IMG/VR virus record: IMGVR_UViG_2675903336_000004
DNA from: a virus
Taxonomy: Duplodnaviria; Heunggongvirae; Uroviricota; Caudoviricetes
Length of the DNA stretch: 32,403 nucleotides
Reading direction: 5' to 3' (one strand)
The first letter of the stretch is position 1. Each line of letters begins with the position of its first letter. The notes under the pieces are model-generated. The model was not told the origin of the DNA. It saw only the letters and a program-made list of their open reading frames with translations, and did no database searches. Positions 10,887-18,229 of this stretch are shown piece by piece. The translations under genes and the position numbers were made by a program.

Positions 10887-11105
10887 ATCTACCCCATCTA
10901 CCTGAACAAAATAAACGCATATTATTCAACATGATAAGTGGGTATAGGGCTAGGTAGAAGGCTAATAAAAGCTCTCTACCTCTTCTACCTGATTTTATCA
11001 GTTTCAGGTAGCAGGGTAGACGGCAGGTAGAGGAGTCAAAAAGCTATCTACCCGCTGAAAGCCGCGCCATTACTGACATGATGAGCATTCGGGTAGATGG
11101 GTAGA
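10887..11105. repeat. iteron array / putative replication origin (GGTAGA/TCTACC motifs, about 12 copies in both orientations)
   Basis: ATCTACC at 10887 and 10896; GGTAGA at 10953; TCTACC at 10975 and 10984; GGTAG(A) at 11007, 11015 and 11026; ATCTACC at 11046; GGTAGA at 11092 and 11100. Lies immediately 3' of pri-rep. Confidence 0.65.
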
Positions 11106-11218
11106 GGGGGGGAGGCACAACTAAAAACTTTTTAAACGAGGGGGGGTGAAAATAAATGCGCATACATAAAAATCACTTAACAAACATGCCAGCCGAAAAC
11201 ATGAATCAGGGGCGACAA

Positions 11219-11470
11219 ATGACCAAAATTCGCAGAGACAGAACACAGGCAAAATATAAAGCGTTAGACATGACAGAGCTTTCCTTAAAGGTGGCAATCA
11301 AAGCGATAGACCACCACACACGGGCAGGATACGCGAAGGAACATCCCGACCTGATAAGCGCATTCATGACCACAGCAGCGGCAAACTTTGCCACGCTGAC
11401 AGAACGGGAGATTGCCGAAGCGGAACAGGTGACAACCATCAATGTTAAAACCGGAGAGCAGACAGCATGA
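11219..11470 (+). CDS. hypothetical protein (83 aa from the ATG at 11219; track ORF begins at 11156)
   Basis: ATG at 11219 has an AGGGG RBS 6 nt upstream. Stop overlaps the ssb start (ATGA). Confidence 0.45.
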   Translation: MTKIRRDRTQAKYKALDMTELSLKVAIKAIDHHTRAGYAKEHPDLISAFMTTAAANFATLTEREIAEAEQVTTINVKTGEQTA

Positions 11471-11889
11471 CAGCACAGATAGCGGCTTACGGGCGGCTGG
11501 TGGCTGACCCGCAGTTAAAGACCACCAGCAAAGGGACACAAATGGCGATGGCGAGTATGGCGGTTCCCCTGCCGTGCAGCCAGGCAGATGACGGAACGGC
11601 GACGATGTGGTTATCCGTCCTGGCGTTTGGCAGACAGGCCGACGCACTGGCAAAACACCACAAAGGCGAACTGGTGAGCGTGGCGGGTAACATGCAGGTA
11701 AGCCAGTGGACAGGCCAGAACGGCGAAACGCGGCGGGGCTGGCAGGTTATCGCAGACAGCGTAATCAGTGCGCGAACGGCGCGACCGGGCGGCAAAAAAG
11801 GCCAGCAGGGGCAGGCCACTGACGCACTGAACAGGGCAAAACAACAGTCGGGGAATGATGATCCGTACGGCGATAATATACCGTTTTAA
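11467..11889 (+). CDS. ssb: single-stranded DNA-binding protein
   Basis: 140-aa ORF with an OB-fold-like core (MWLSVLAFGRQAD...VSQWTGQNGETRRGWQVIADSV), a Gly/Gln-rich linker and an acidic tail ending DDPYGDNIPF, like the SSB C-terminal DDDIPF tail. Confidence 0.75.
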   Translation: MTAQIAAYGRLVADPQLKTTSKGTQMAMASMAVPLPCSQADDGTATMWLSVLAFGRQADALAKHHKGELVSVAGNMQVSQWTGQNGETRRGWQVIADSVISARTARPGGKKGQQGQATDALNRAKQQSGNDDPYGDNIPF

Positions 11890-12100
11890 ATTCTGCAAAC
11901 AAAAAGATGCCGGAAAAAAATAGATTTTCCGGCATGCTACATAAATCCCGACCAAAGGAAGTAAATACATTAACACGAATTATCAGCACTGAAGTTGTTA
12001 CGGCATATTTTATACAACATTGCACTTGGTTGCATGTATTCGCATAGCAGACATCGGTAATAGAATATATTCACAATTATTTGTAATGAATGTAAAGAGG

Positions 12101-13147
12101 ATGAGTATGGTTGATTTATATTCGCCTACACAGCTTGTGCAGGTGGCTAATGCTGAAGATGTGCAAAAAAAATTAAATGCGTTGTTTACCAGTTTGTTTT
12201 TCACTCGCTCGGTAATGTTTGAATCGAGAGACATTATTCTTGATACGATCGACGATCCAAATATCCCGATCGCGGCGTTTTGCTCTCCTATGGTGGGCAG
12301 TAAAGTTTCACGAGATGAGGGATACGAATCAAAAACAATTCGTCCAGGTTATATGAAGCCGAAAAGCAGCATTGATCCAAATAAGTTAGCTGTGCGCCCT
12401 GCTGGTGTGTCACCTGAGCAATACAATGCTTTTGGGGCGCGTAATATTAAAGTTAAACAGGCGATTGTAAATCAGGCTAAAGCTATTCGTGCACGTATTG
12501 AATGGCTTGCTGTTCAGGCAATCACAACGGGGAAAAATATCATTGAGGGCGATGGTATTGAACGTTATGAGCTGGACTGGAATATAAAACCACAAAATAT
12601 CATCACTCAGTCTGGCGGTACTGAGTGGTCAGGTAAGGATAAAGAAACTTTTGATCCAAATGATGATATTGAGAGCTACGCAGAATTTAGTGAGGGCGTC
12701 ACTAATATCATCATTATGGGTGGTAATGTATGGAAGAAATACCGTTCATTCAGAGCGATAAAAGAGGCTTTGGATACCCGTCGTGGTTCTAATTCCGAAC
12801 TGGAAACGGCCCTTAAAGACCTTGGTGATTCGGTGAGTTTTAAAGGGTATATGGGCGATGTTGCGATTGTTGTTTACAGCGGGCGTTATACCGACGAGGA
12901 CGGAACAGAAAAACATTTCCTTGATCCTGATTTGATGGTGCTTGGCAATACGGCTCTTCAGGGGATTGTCGCCTATGGCGGTATTCAGGATCCGGAGCTA
13001 ATCCGAATGGGGCTGACTAAAGCCGAACTTGCACCGAAAAACTATATTGTGCCTGGTGATCCGGCTATTGAATATGTGCAGACACATTCAGCACCACAGC
13101 CAATACCGGCCCGCATCAATCGTTTTGTTACCGTTCGCATTGGCTAA
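12101..13147 (+). CDS. lambda gpE-like major capsid protein paralog (island-encoded)
   Basis: Alignable by eye along its length to the helper gpE in this window (18230..19255), e.g. ITQSGGTEWSGKDKETFDPNDDIESYA vs ITQSGVTEWSKRDKSTYDPTDDIEAYA, and TRRGSNSELETALKDLG...YMGDVAIVVYSG vs TRRGSHSELETAVKDLG...MYGDVAIVVYSG. Clearly diverged. An alternative start at 12107 has better RBS spacing. Confidence 0.8.
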   Translation: MSMVDLYSPTQLVQVANAEDVQKKLNALFTSLFFTRSVMFESRDIILDTIDDPNIPIAAFCSPMVGSKVSRDEGYESKTIRPGYMKPKSSIDPNKLAVRPAGVSPEQYNAFGARNIKVKQAIVNQAKAIRARIEWLAVQAITTGKNIIEGDGIERYELDWNIKPQNIITQSGGTEWSGKDKETFDPNDDIESYAEFSEGVTNIIIMGGNVWKKYRSFRAIKEALDTRRGSNSELETALKDLGDSVSFKGYMGDVAIVVYSGRYTDEDGTEKHFLDPDLMVLGNTALQGIVAYGGIQDPELIRMGLTKAELAPKNYIVPGDPAIEYVQTHSAPQPIPARINRFVTVRIG

Positions 13148-13156
13148 GGGGGAGCA

Positions 13157-13498
13157 ATGGCTACTCATTACACTGAACTCATGGCTGGCACTGAAGCACT
13201 GGTGACTACGCTGGGGATATTTTCAGCTAATAAAGGGGTAATTCCTGCATTTACGCCACTGATGCAGGAAGATGCAACAGGTGCACTGGTGGTATGGGAT
13301 GGTTCGAGCGTAGGTAAAGCGGTTTATGTTTCCGCTGTACAAATCGACACAGCGAAAAAAACACAGGCACAGGTTTATAAGACAGGTGTTTTAAATGTTG
13401 ATGCTCTGAACTGGCCTGAGTCTGTAAAAGAACTGTCGGCAAAGGTTGCCGCGTTTGTTGGCTCAGGTATTTCTGTTCAGCCGCTGGCTCGTGTGTAA
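13157..13498 (+). CDS. lambda gpD-like head decoration protein paralog (island-encoded)
   Basis: 113-aa ORF with a strong RBS (AAGGGGGAG). Shares the motifs TPLM, WDG, YKxG and WPE with the helper gpD (17842..18174) at equivalent spacing. Gene order is E-like then D-like, the reverse of lambda. Confidence 0.7.
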   Translation: MATHYTELMAGTEALVTTLGIFSANKGVIPAFTPLMQEDATGALVVWDGSSVGKAVYVSAVQIDTAKKTQAQVYKTGVLNVDALNWPESVKELSAKVAAFVGSGISVQPLARV

Positions 13499-13509
13499 AG
13501 GGGGATACA

Positions 13510-13893
13510 ATGCAGAATCATTACAATGACCTTAAGCCAATTGCCGAAATGATGTATCCGGATCCAGCAGTAGAGGAATTAAAGGCTATTGCTGACAAAA
13601 TGCGTTTAAGTGAACGCCTTGTTGATATGAATCAGGTGATGGAACTTACTACCCTTAGCCGTCGCACATTGCTAAACCTTGAGGCTCGCGGAGAGTTCCC
13701 CGAACGCGTACAGGTTACGGAAGGGCGTAAGGCCTGGTATTTAAGTGAAGTGATCGACTGGATAAACAATATTCCTCGATCTTCTGAATATTGCCGCGTA
13801 CCTGTCCCAAAAAAGCCAGATGCGGCGCTATGCCTCAAGATTGAGCGTGTACGTCGCAATGCACGGGATGGTCGCTATAAGTTGATTGGTTGA
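13510..13893 (+). CDS. AlpA-like HTH DNA-binding protein (second AlpA paralog), directly upstream of the island cos
   Basis: 127-aa ORF with RBS AGGGGG. The central segment MELTTLSRRTLLNLEARGEFPERVQVTEGRKAWYLSEVIDWI fits the AlpA/MerR-like HTH pattern and is flanked by N- and C-terminal extensions. Confidence 0.6.
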   Translation: MQNHYNDLKPIAEMMYPDPAVEELKAIADKMRLSERLVDMNQVMELTTLSRRTLLNLEARGEFPERVQVTEGRKAWYLSEVIDWINNIPRSSEYCRVPVPKKPDAALCLKIERVRRNARDGRYKLIG

Positions 13894-13918
13894 TGAAATT
13901 AGGGCCCGTTCTGGCTGG

Positions 13919-13985
13919 CGGGTCCTTTCCGGCGATCCGGTAGGCTACGGGGCGGCGACCTCGCGGGTTTTCGCTATTTATGAGC
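13919..13985 (+). other. cos: island cos site (cosQ-like segment plus canonical lambda cosN GGGCGGCGACCT at 13950-13961)
   Basis: gggtcctttccggcgatccg...ctacgGGGCGGCGACCTcgcgggttttcgctatttatga matches the lambda cos core as recalled. Downstream sequence, where cosB would be, differs from the prophage cosB. Confidence 0.8.
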
Positions 13986-14094
13986 CTTTTTCGGGTGCTG
14001 GTGGTGGTTTTGTTGTTCGCTCTATCTCTATGAATAAAAAGGAAAAGATAAAGCCAATACACCAACCTGAAACATTACTTAAGTGGGGATATTG

Positions 14095-14637
14095 ATGAAA
14101 TCGCACCTGATGAACAAAAAAAACATGGCGCAAAGCTGCCGTGTAAGTGCGACAGCGTTCGACAAGTGGGGAGTGACTCCCGTTGAACGTAAAGGCCGCG
14201 AGGCGTTTTATGATGTTGCCAGCGTAATAGACAATCGGGTTAGCAATGCAATTAACCAGATTACAGACGACAAAGGCGAGATTGATGATGATGAACTCCT
14301 ACGAGTCAGGATCAGATTGCTGACAGCACAGGCAGAGGCGCAGGAGCTTAAAAACGAGCGCGAACGCGGCGACGTTATTGATACAGCGTTTTGTATATAC
14401 GTGCTTTCAAAATTGGCGAGTCAGATTTCTTCAATCATGGACAGCCTGCCGCTTGCCATGACAAGGAAGTTTCCCGACATGAAGCCGTCTATGCTGGATG
14501 GACTGAAAAAAGAAGTTATCAGAGCCTGTAACGCATGCGCAAAACTTGACGAAAACATACCGCTGATGCTGTCCGATTATCTGATGGAAACTGCCGGAAA
14601 CGTACCGGATAAGTTGCAGCCGAATAAAGATAAGTAA
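14095..14637 (+). CDS. Nu1-like terminase small subunit (island-encoded; diverged N-terminal DNA-binding domain)
   Basis: The C-terminal two-thirds align with helper Nu1 (LTAQAEAQELKNERERGDVIDTAFCIYVLSKLASQISSIMDSLPLAMTRKFPDM vs LTRAQADAQELKNARDSAEVVETAFCTFVLSRIAGEIASILDGIPLSVQRRFPEL). The N-terminal about 60 aa are diverged. ATG at 14095 has a GTGGGG RBS; the track ORF starts at GTG 14083. Confidence 0.85.
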   Translation: MKSHLMNKKNMAQSCRVSATAFDKWGVTPVERKGREAFYDVASVIDNRVSNAINQITDDKGEIDDDELLRVRIRLLTAQAEAQELKNERERGDVIDTAFCIYVLSKLASQISSIMDSLPLAMTRKFPDMKPSMLDGLKKEVIRACNACAKLDENIPLMLSDYLMETAGNVPDKLQPNKDK

Positions 14638-14648
14638 CGTAGTACGCT

Positions 14649-14930
14649 ATGACTGAATCCGAAATACTGCGATTAATCCGCCGTGCTTGTGGAATCAGCA
14701 AGCAGCATGACGAACAGGCCACGCAGCCGGACAGCGTGACCGCAGATAATTATGTGCGTGTAGTGGCTGAGGTGATGCGCCGTGACGGTATTGAGCTTAA
14801 CGGCGTGGATATGCGCAACATACGAACAAGAGTCCTTGAGTTGCTGGCATATCGTCGCCGTTCTCAACAACGGAGGGAGAGCGCGAAAAATACTTACCAG
14901 TGGAAGAAGCCGGAACGATTGCGGCGGTAA
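14649..14930 (+). CDS. hypothetical protein (93 aa, Arg-rich C-terminus)
   Basis: Complete ORF immediately downstream of the island terS. No recognisable motif. Confidence 0.4.
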   Translation: MTESEILRLIRRACGISKQHDEQATQPDSVTADNYVRVVAEVMRRDGIELNGVDMRNIRTRVLELLAYRRRSQQRRESAKNTYQWKKPERLRR

Positions 14931-14945
14931 CTTGCTGATATTCCC

Positions 14946-15156
14946 GATAACGCAAAATTGCGCTGGCTGACTTGTTGCATTGCAAAAAGTTAAGCAGGAA
15001 GGCACGGCCTGTAAGATGGGATGCAGTAAGTAGTTCAAGGCTACCTTGTGCTGGCACGCACAGTTAAGCCGTCGGTGCTGGATATCCCCCACTGGGGGAA
15101 AAGCTGGCTACATCCCTCACATCTGAGGACTGATAACGCGACATTGCGCTGGCTGG
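14946..15156 (+). repeat. pair of 24-bp direct repeats GATAACGC(A/G)A(A/C)ATTGCGCTGGCTG, each followed by a short palindrome
   Basis: Copies at 14946-14969 and 15133-15156 match at 22 of 24 positions. Palindromes CGCAAAATTGCG and GTGCAAAATTGCAC lie within or next to them. Confidence 0.6.
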
Positions 15157-15180
15157 CAAAGTGCAAAATTGCACGATGGC

Positions 15181-15342
15181 CTAACCCATTGATTATTTCG
15201 AAAACCTGCAATGCAGGAAATCGGGGAAGTAAGCCTAAGCTATTGATTGTTTCGAAAACCCCCATTGGGGGATGTCGGGAAAGTAAGACTAACCCATTGA
15301 TTCTTCCACAATCCTCAATTTGAGGAGGCCGGAACGTCTACA
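15181..15342 (+). repeat. three tandem 54-bp repeat units, each with a different perfect hairpin (covarying stems)
   Basis: Units start at 15181, 15235 and 15289, each with CTAA(C/G)C(C/T)ATTGATT. Hairpins are CCTGCA-a-TGCAGG (15205-15217), CCCCCA-ttg-GGGG (15259-15271, stem of 4-5 bp) and CCTCAA-t-TTGAGG (15313-15325). Related hairpins lie upstream at 15086-15098 and 15115-15128. Confidence 0.7.
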
Positions 15343-15644
15343 TAGCTGCATCGCCGTAATGATGATTCAGCCCACCAGCCAAATCAGCACAGCAACGACA
15401 GAATAGCCCGACACAGAAAAACCACGAATATGGGGTTTTTGTTATGACATGGTCATGATGACCACTCATACAAAACAGGTAAAGCCCACCAGCCTGATTA
15501 AAGGTTAACCGGAAAAAAGCCAGGTATCCAATCTCGATATGGGGATCCCTATATCGACATTAACGCCCACTAAAACTGTGCATATATGCATAGAAAAAGC
15601 ATCCACCAGCTTTATGACGGATGCCGCTCATCTTATAAATAATC

Positions 15645-15667
15645 GTGTATTGCAGTGTGTATTGCGA
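15645..15667 (+). repeat. integrase arm-type repeats (GTGTATTGCAG, GTGTATTGCGA) at the attR arm
   Basis: Two copies in the same orientation as the three attL copies, about 75 bp inside the attR core. Confidence 0.65.
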
Positions 15668-15739
15668 CTCCTTTAAACGATAGGTCTGAGCATTCGTAAT
15701 GTACTGTTTTTAAATTTTATTTTTTCCTGTCTTTTCATA

Positions 15740-15747
15740 AAGGCGAT
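15740..15747. repeat. attR core (AAGGCGAT), right copy of the direct repeat
   Basis: Identical 8-mer to 4842-4849. Lambda B coding sequence resumes immediately to its right. Confidence 0.7.
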
Positions 15748-16316
15748 GTATGCCGCCACCATTGAAAGTGAGCTGGATACGCAGTCAGCGATGGATTTTA
15801 TTCTGGGCGCGAACAGTAAGGAGCAGCGGGAAAGGCTGACGGGCTGGATTGGTGAAATTGCCGCGTATTACGCCGCAGCACCGGTCCGTCTGGGAGGCGC
15901 AAAAGTGCCGCACCTGATGCCGGGGGACTCACTGAACCTGCAGACGGCTCAGGACACGGATAACGGCTACTCCGTGTTTGAGCAGTCACTGTTGCGGTAT
16001 ATCGCTGCCGGGCTGGGTGTCTCGTATGAGCAACTTTCCCGGAATTACGCCCAGATGAGCTACTCCACGGCACGGGCCAGTGCGAACGAGTCGTGGGCGT
16101 ACTTTATGGGGCGGCGAAAATTCGTCGCATCCCGTCAGGCGAGCCAGATGTTTCTGTGCTGGCTGGAAGAGGCCATCGTTCGCCGCGTGGTGACGTTACC
16201 TTCAAAAGCGCGCTTCAGCTTTCAGGAAGCCCGCAGTGCCTGGGGGAACTGCGACTGGATAGGCTCCGGTCGTATGGCCATCGATGGTCTGAAAGAAGTT
16301 CAGGAAGCGGTGATGC
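15746..16316 (+). CDS. B: portal protein B, 3' fragment (from native Met276; truncated by masked gap at 16317)
   Basis: MYAATIESELDTQSAMDFILGANSKEQRERLTGWIGEIAAYYAAAPVRLGG... matches the lambda gpB C-terminal half. The ATG at 15746 overlaps the attR core. Confidence 0.9.
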
Positions 16317-16584
16317 NNNNNNNNNNNNNNNNNNNNNNNNNNNNNNNNNNNNNNNNNNNNNNNNNNNNNNNNNNNNNNNNNNNNNNNNNNNNNNNNNNNN
16401 NNNNNNNNNNNNNNNNNNNNNNNNNNNNNNNNNNNNNNNNNNNNNNNNNNNNNNNNNNNNNNNNNNNNNNNNNNNNNNNNNNNNNNNNNNNNNNNNNNNN
16501 NNNNNNNNNNNNNNNNNNNNNNNNNNNNNNNNNNNNNNNNNNNNNNNNNNNNNNNNNNNNNNNNNNNNNNNNNNNNNNNNNNNN

Positions 16585-17832
16585 GCCTATGCGCGGGTTT
16601 TCTTTTGTGCGCTTGCAGGCCAGCTTGGGATCAGCTGCCTGACGGATGCAGTATCCGGCGACAGCCTGACTGCCGGAGAGGCACCCGCGGCGCTGGCGTT
16701 ATCCGGTGATGATGACGGACCACGACAGGCCCGCAGTTATCAGGTAATGAACGGCATCGCCGTGCTGCCGGTGTCCGGCACGCTGGTCAGCCGGACGCGG
16801 GCGCTGCAGCCGTACTCGGGGATGACCGGTTACAACGGCATTATCGCCCGTCTGCAACAGGCTGCCAGCGACCCGATGGTGGACGGCATTCTGCTCGATA
16901 TGGACACACCGGGCGGAATGGTGGCGGGAGCATTTGACTGCGCTGACATCATCGCCCGTGTGCGTGACATAAAGCCGGTATGGGCGCTGGCCAATGACAT
17001 GAACTGCAGCGCAGGTCAGCTGCTTGCCAGTGCCGCCTCCCGGCGTCTGGTCACGCAGACCGCCCGGACAGGCTCCATCGGCGTCATGATGGCTCACAGT
17101 AATTACGGCGCTGCACTGGAGAAACAGGGCGTGGAAATCACGCTGATTTACAGCGGCAGCCATAAGGTGGATGGCAACCCCTACAGCCATCTACCGGATG
17201 ATGTCCGGGAAACATTGCAGTCCCGGATGGATGCAACCCGCCGGATGTTTGCACAGAAGGTGTCGGCATATACCGGCCTGTCCGTGCAGGCTGTGCTGGA
17301 TACCGAGGCTGCAGTGTACAGCGGTCAGGAGGCCATTGATGCCGGACTGGCTGATGAACTTGTTAACAGTACCGATGCGATCACCGTCATGCGTGATGCA
17401 CTGGATGCACGTAAATCCCGTCTCTCAGGAGGGCGAATGACCAAAGAGACTCAATCAACAACTGTTTCAGCCACTGCTTCGCAGGCTGACGTTACTGGCG
17501 TGGTGCAAGCGACGGAGGGCGAGAACGCCAGCGCGGCGCAGCCGGACGTGAACGCGCAGATCACCGCAGCGGTTGCGGCAGAAAACAGTCGCATTATGGG
17601 GATCCTCAACTGTGAGGAGGCTCACGGACGCGAAGAACAGGCACGCGTGCTGGCCGAAACCCCCGGTATGACCGTGGAAACGGCCCGCCGTATTCTGGCC
17701 GCAGCACCACAGAGTGCACAGACGCGCAGTGACACTGCGCTGGATCGTCTGATGCAGGGGGCACCGGCACCGCTGGCTGCAGGTAACCCGGCATCTGATG
17801 CCGTTAACGATTTGCTGAACACACCAGTGTAA
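16585..17832 (+). CDS. C: capsid assembly protease C (5' end lost in masked gap)
   Basis: After the gap, AYARVFFCALAGQLGIS... through ...AVNDLLNTPV matches lambda gpC from about residue 25. Stop at 17830-17832. The track ORF 16093..17832 is a gap artefact that merges the B and C frames. Confidence 0.9.
   Translation, partial: AYARVFFCALAGQLGISCLTDAVSGDSLTAGEAPAALALSGDDDGPRQARSYQVMNGIAVLPVSGTLVSRTRALQPYSGMTGYNGIIARLQQAASDPMVDGILLDMDTPGGMVAGAFDCADIIARVRDIKPVWALANDMNCSAGQLLASAASRRLVTQTARTGSIGVMMAHSNYGAALEKQGVEITLIYSGSHKVDGNPYSHLPDDVRETLQSRMDATRRMFAQKVSAYTGLSVQAVLDTEAAVYSGQEAIDAGLADELVNSTDAITVMRDALDARKSRLSGGRMTKETQSTTVSATASQADVTGVVQATEGENASAAQPDVNAQITAAVAAENSRIMGILNCEEAHGREEQARVLAETPGMTVETARRILAAAPQSAQTRSDTALDRLMQGAPAPLAAGNPASDAVNDLLNTPV
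17227..17832 (+). CDS. nu3: scaffolding protein Nu3 (in-frame internal start within C)
   Basis: In-frame ATG 606 nt before the C stop, the same geometry as lambda Nu3 within C by recalled coordinates. Confidence 0.7.
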   Translation: MDATRRMFAQKVSAYTGLSVQAVLDTEAAVYSGQEAIDAGLADELVNSTDAITVMRDALDARKSRLSGGRMTKETQSTTVSATASQADVTGVVQATEGENASAAQPDVNAQITAAVAAENSRIMGILNCEEAHGREEQARVLAETPGMTVETARRILAAAPQSAQTRSDTALDRLMQGAPAPLAAGNPASDAVNDLLNTPV

Positions 17833-17841
17833 GGGATGTTT

Positions 17842-18174
17842 ATGACGAGCAAAGAAACCTTTACCCATTACCAGCCGCTGGGCAATAGTGACCCGGCTCA
17901 TACCGCAACCGCGCCCGGCGGATTGAGTGCGAAAGCGCCTGCAATGACCCCGCTGATGCTGGACACCTCCACCCGTAAGCTGGTTGCGTGGGATGGCACC
18001 ACCGACGGTGCTGCCGTTGGCATTCTTGCGGTTGCTGCTGACCAGACCAGCACCACACTGACGTTCTACAAGTCCGGCACGTTCCGTTATGAGGATGTGC
18101 TCTGGCCGGAGGCTGCCAGCGACGAGACGAAAAAACGGACCGTGTTTGCCGGAACGGCAATCAGCATCGTTTAA
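17842..18174 (+). CDS. D: head decoration protein D
   Basis: [27 protein letters not shown]... matches lambda gpD (110 aa). RBS AAGGGA. Confidence 0.95.
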   Translation: MTSKETFTHYQPLGNSDPAHTATAPGGLSAKAPAMTPLMLDTSTRKLVAWDGTTDGAAVGILAVAADQTSTTLTFYKSGTFRYEDVLWPEAASDETKKRTVFAGTAISIV

Positions 18175-18229
18175 CTTTACCCTTCATCACTAAAGGCCGC
18201 CTGTGTGGCTTTTTTTACGGGATTTTTTT

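Noticed and set aside
11909-11937. Inverted repeat GCCGGAAAA...TTTTCCGGC after ssb as a terminator
   Set aside because: The stem is short and AT-rich beyond the GCCGG core, and no U-run follows on either strand. It is a possible structure but was not called as a terminator.
12020-12100. Upstream in-frame extensions of the island capsid gene (start 12020), helper E (18203), D (17836), V (21067) and FI (19258)
   Set aside because: The extensions lack an RBS and are absent from the lambda proteins. Internal ATG codons with Shine-Dalgarno sequences match the known N-termini.
15181-15342. Possible CRISPR array
   Set aside because: There are only three units, with no intervening unique spacers. 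The units are non-identical with covarying stems, and no cas genes are nearby.
16093-17832. Single 579-aa ORF in the track spanning the B 3' end and C
   Set aside because: The N-run joins two genes in one apparent frame. The sequence on either side corresponds to separate B and C genes.
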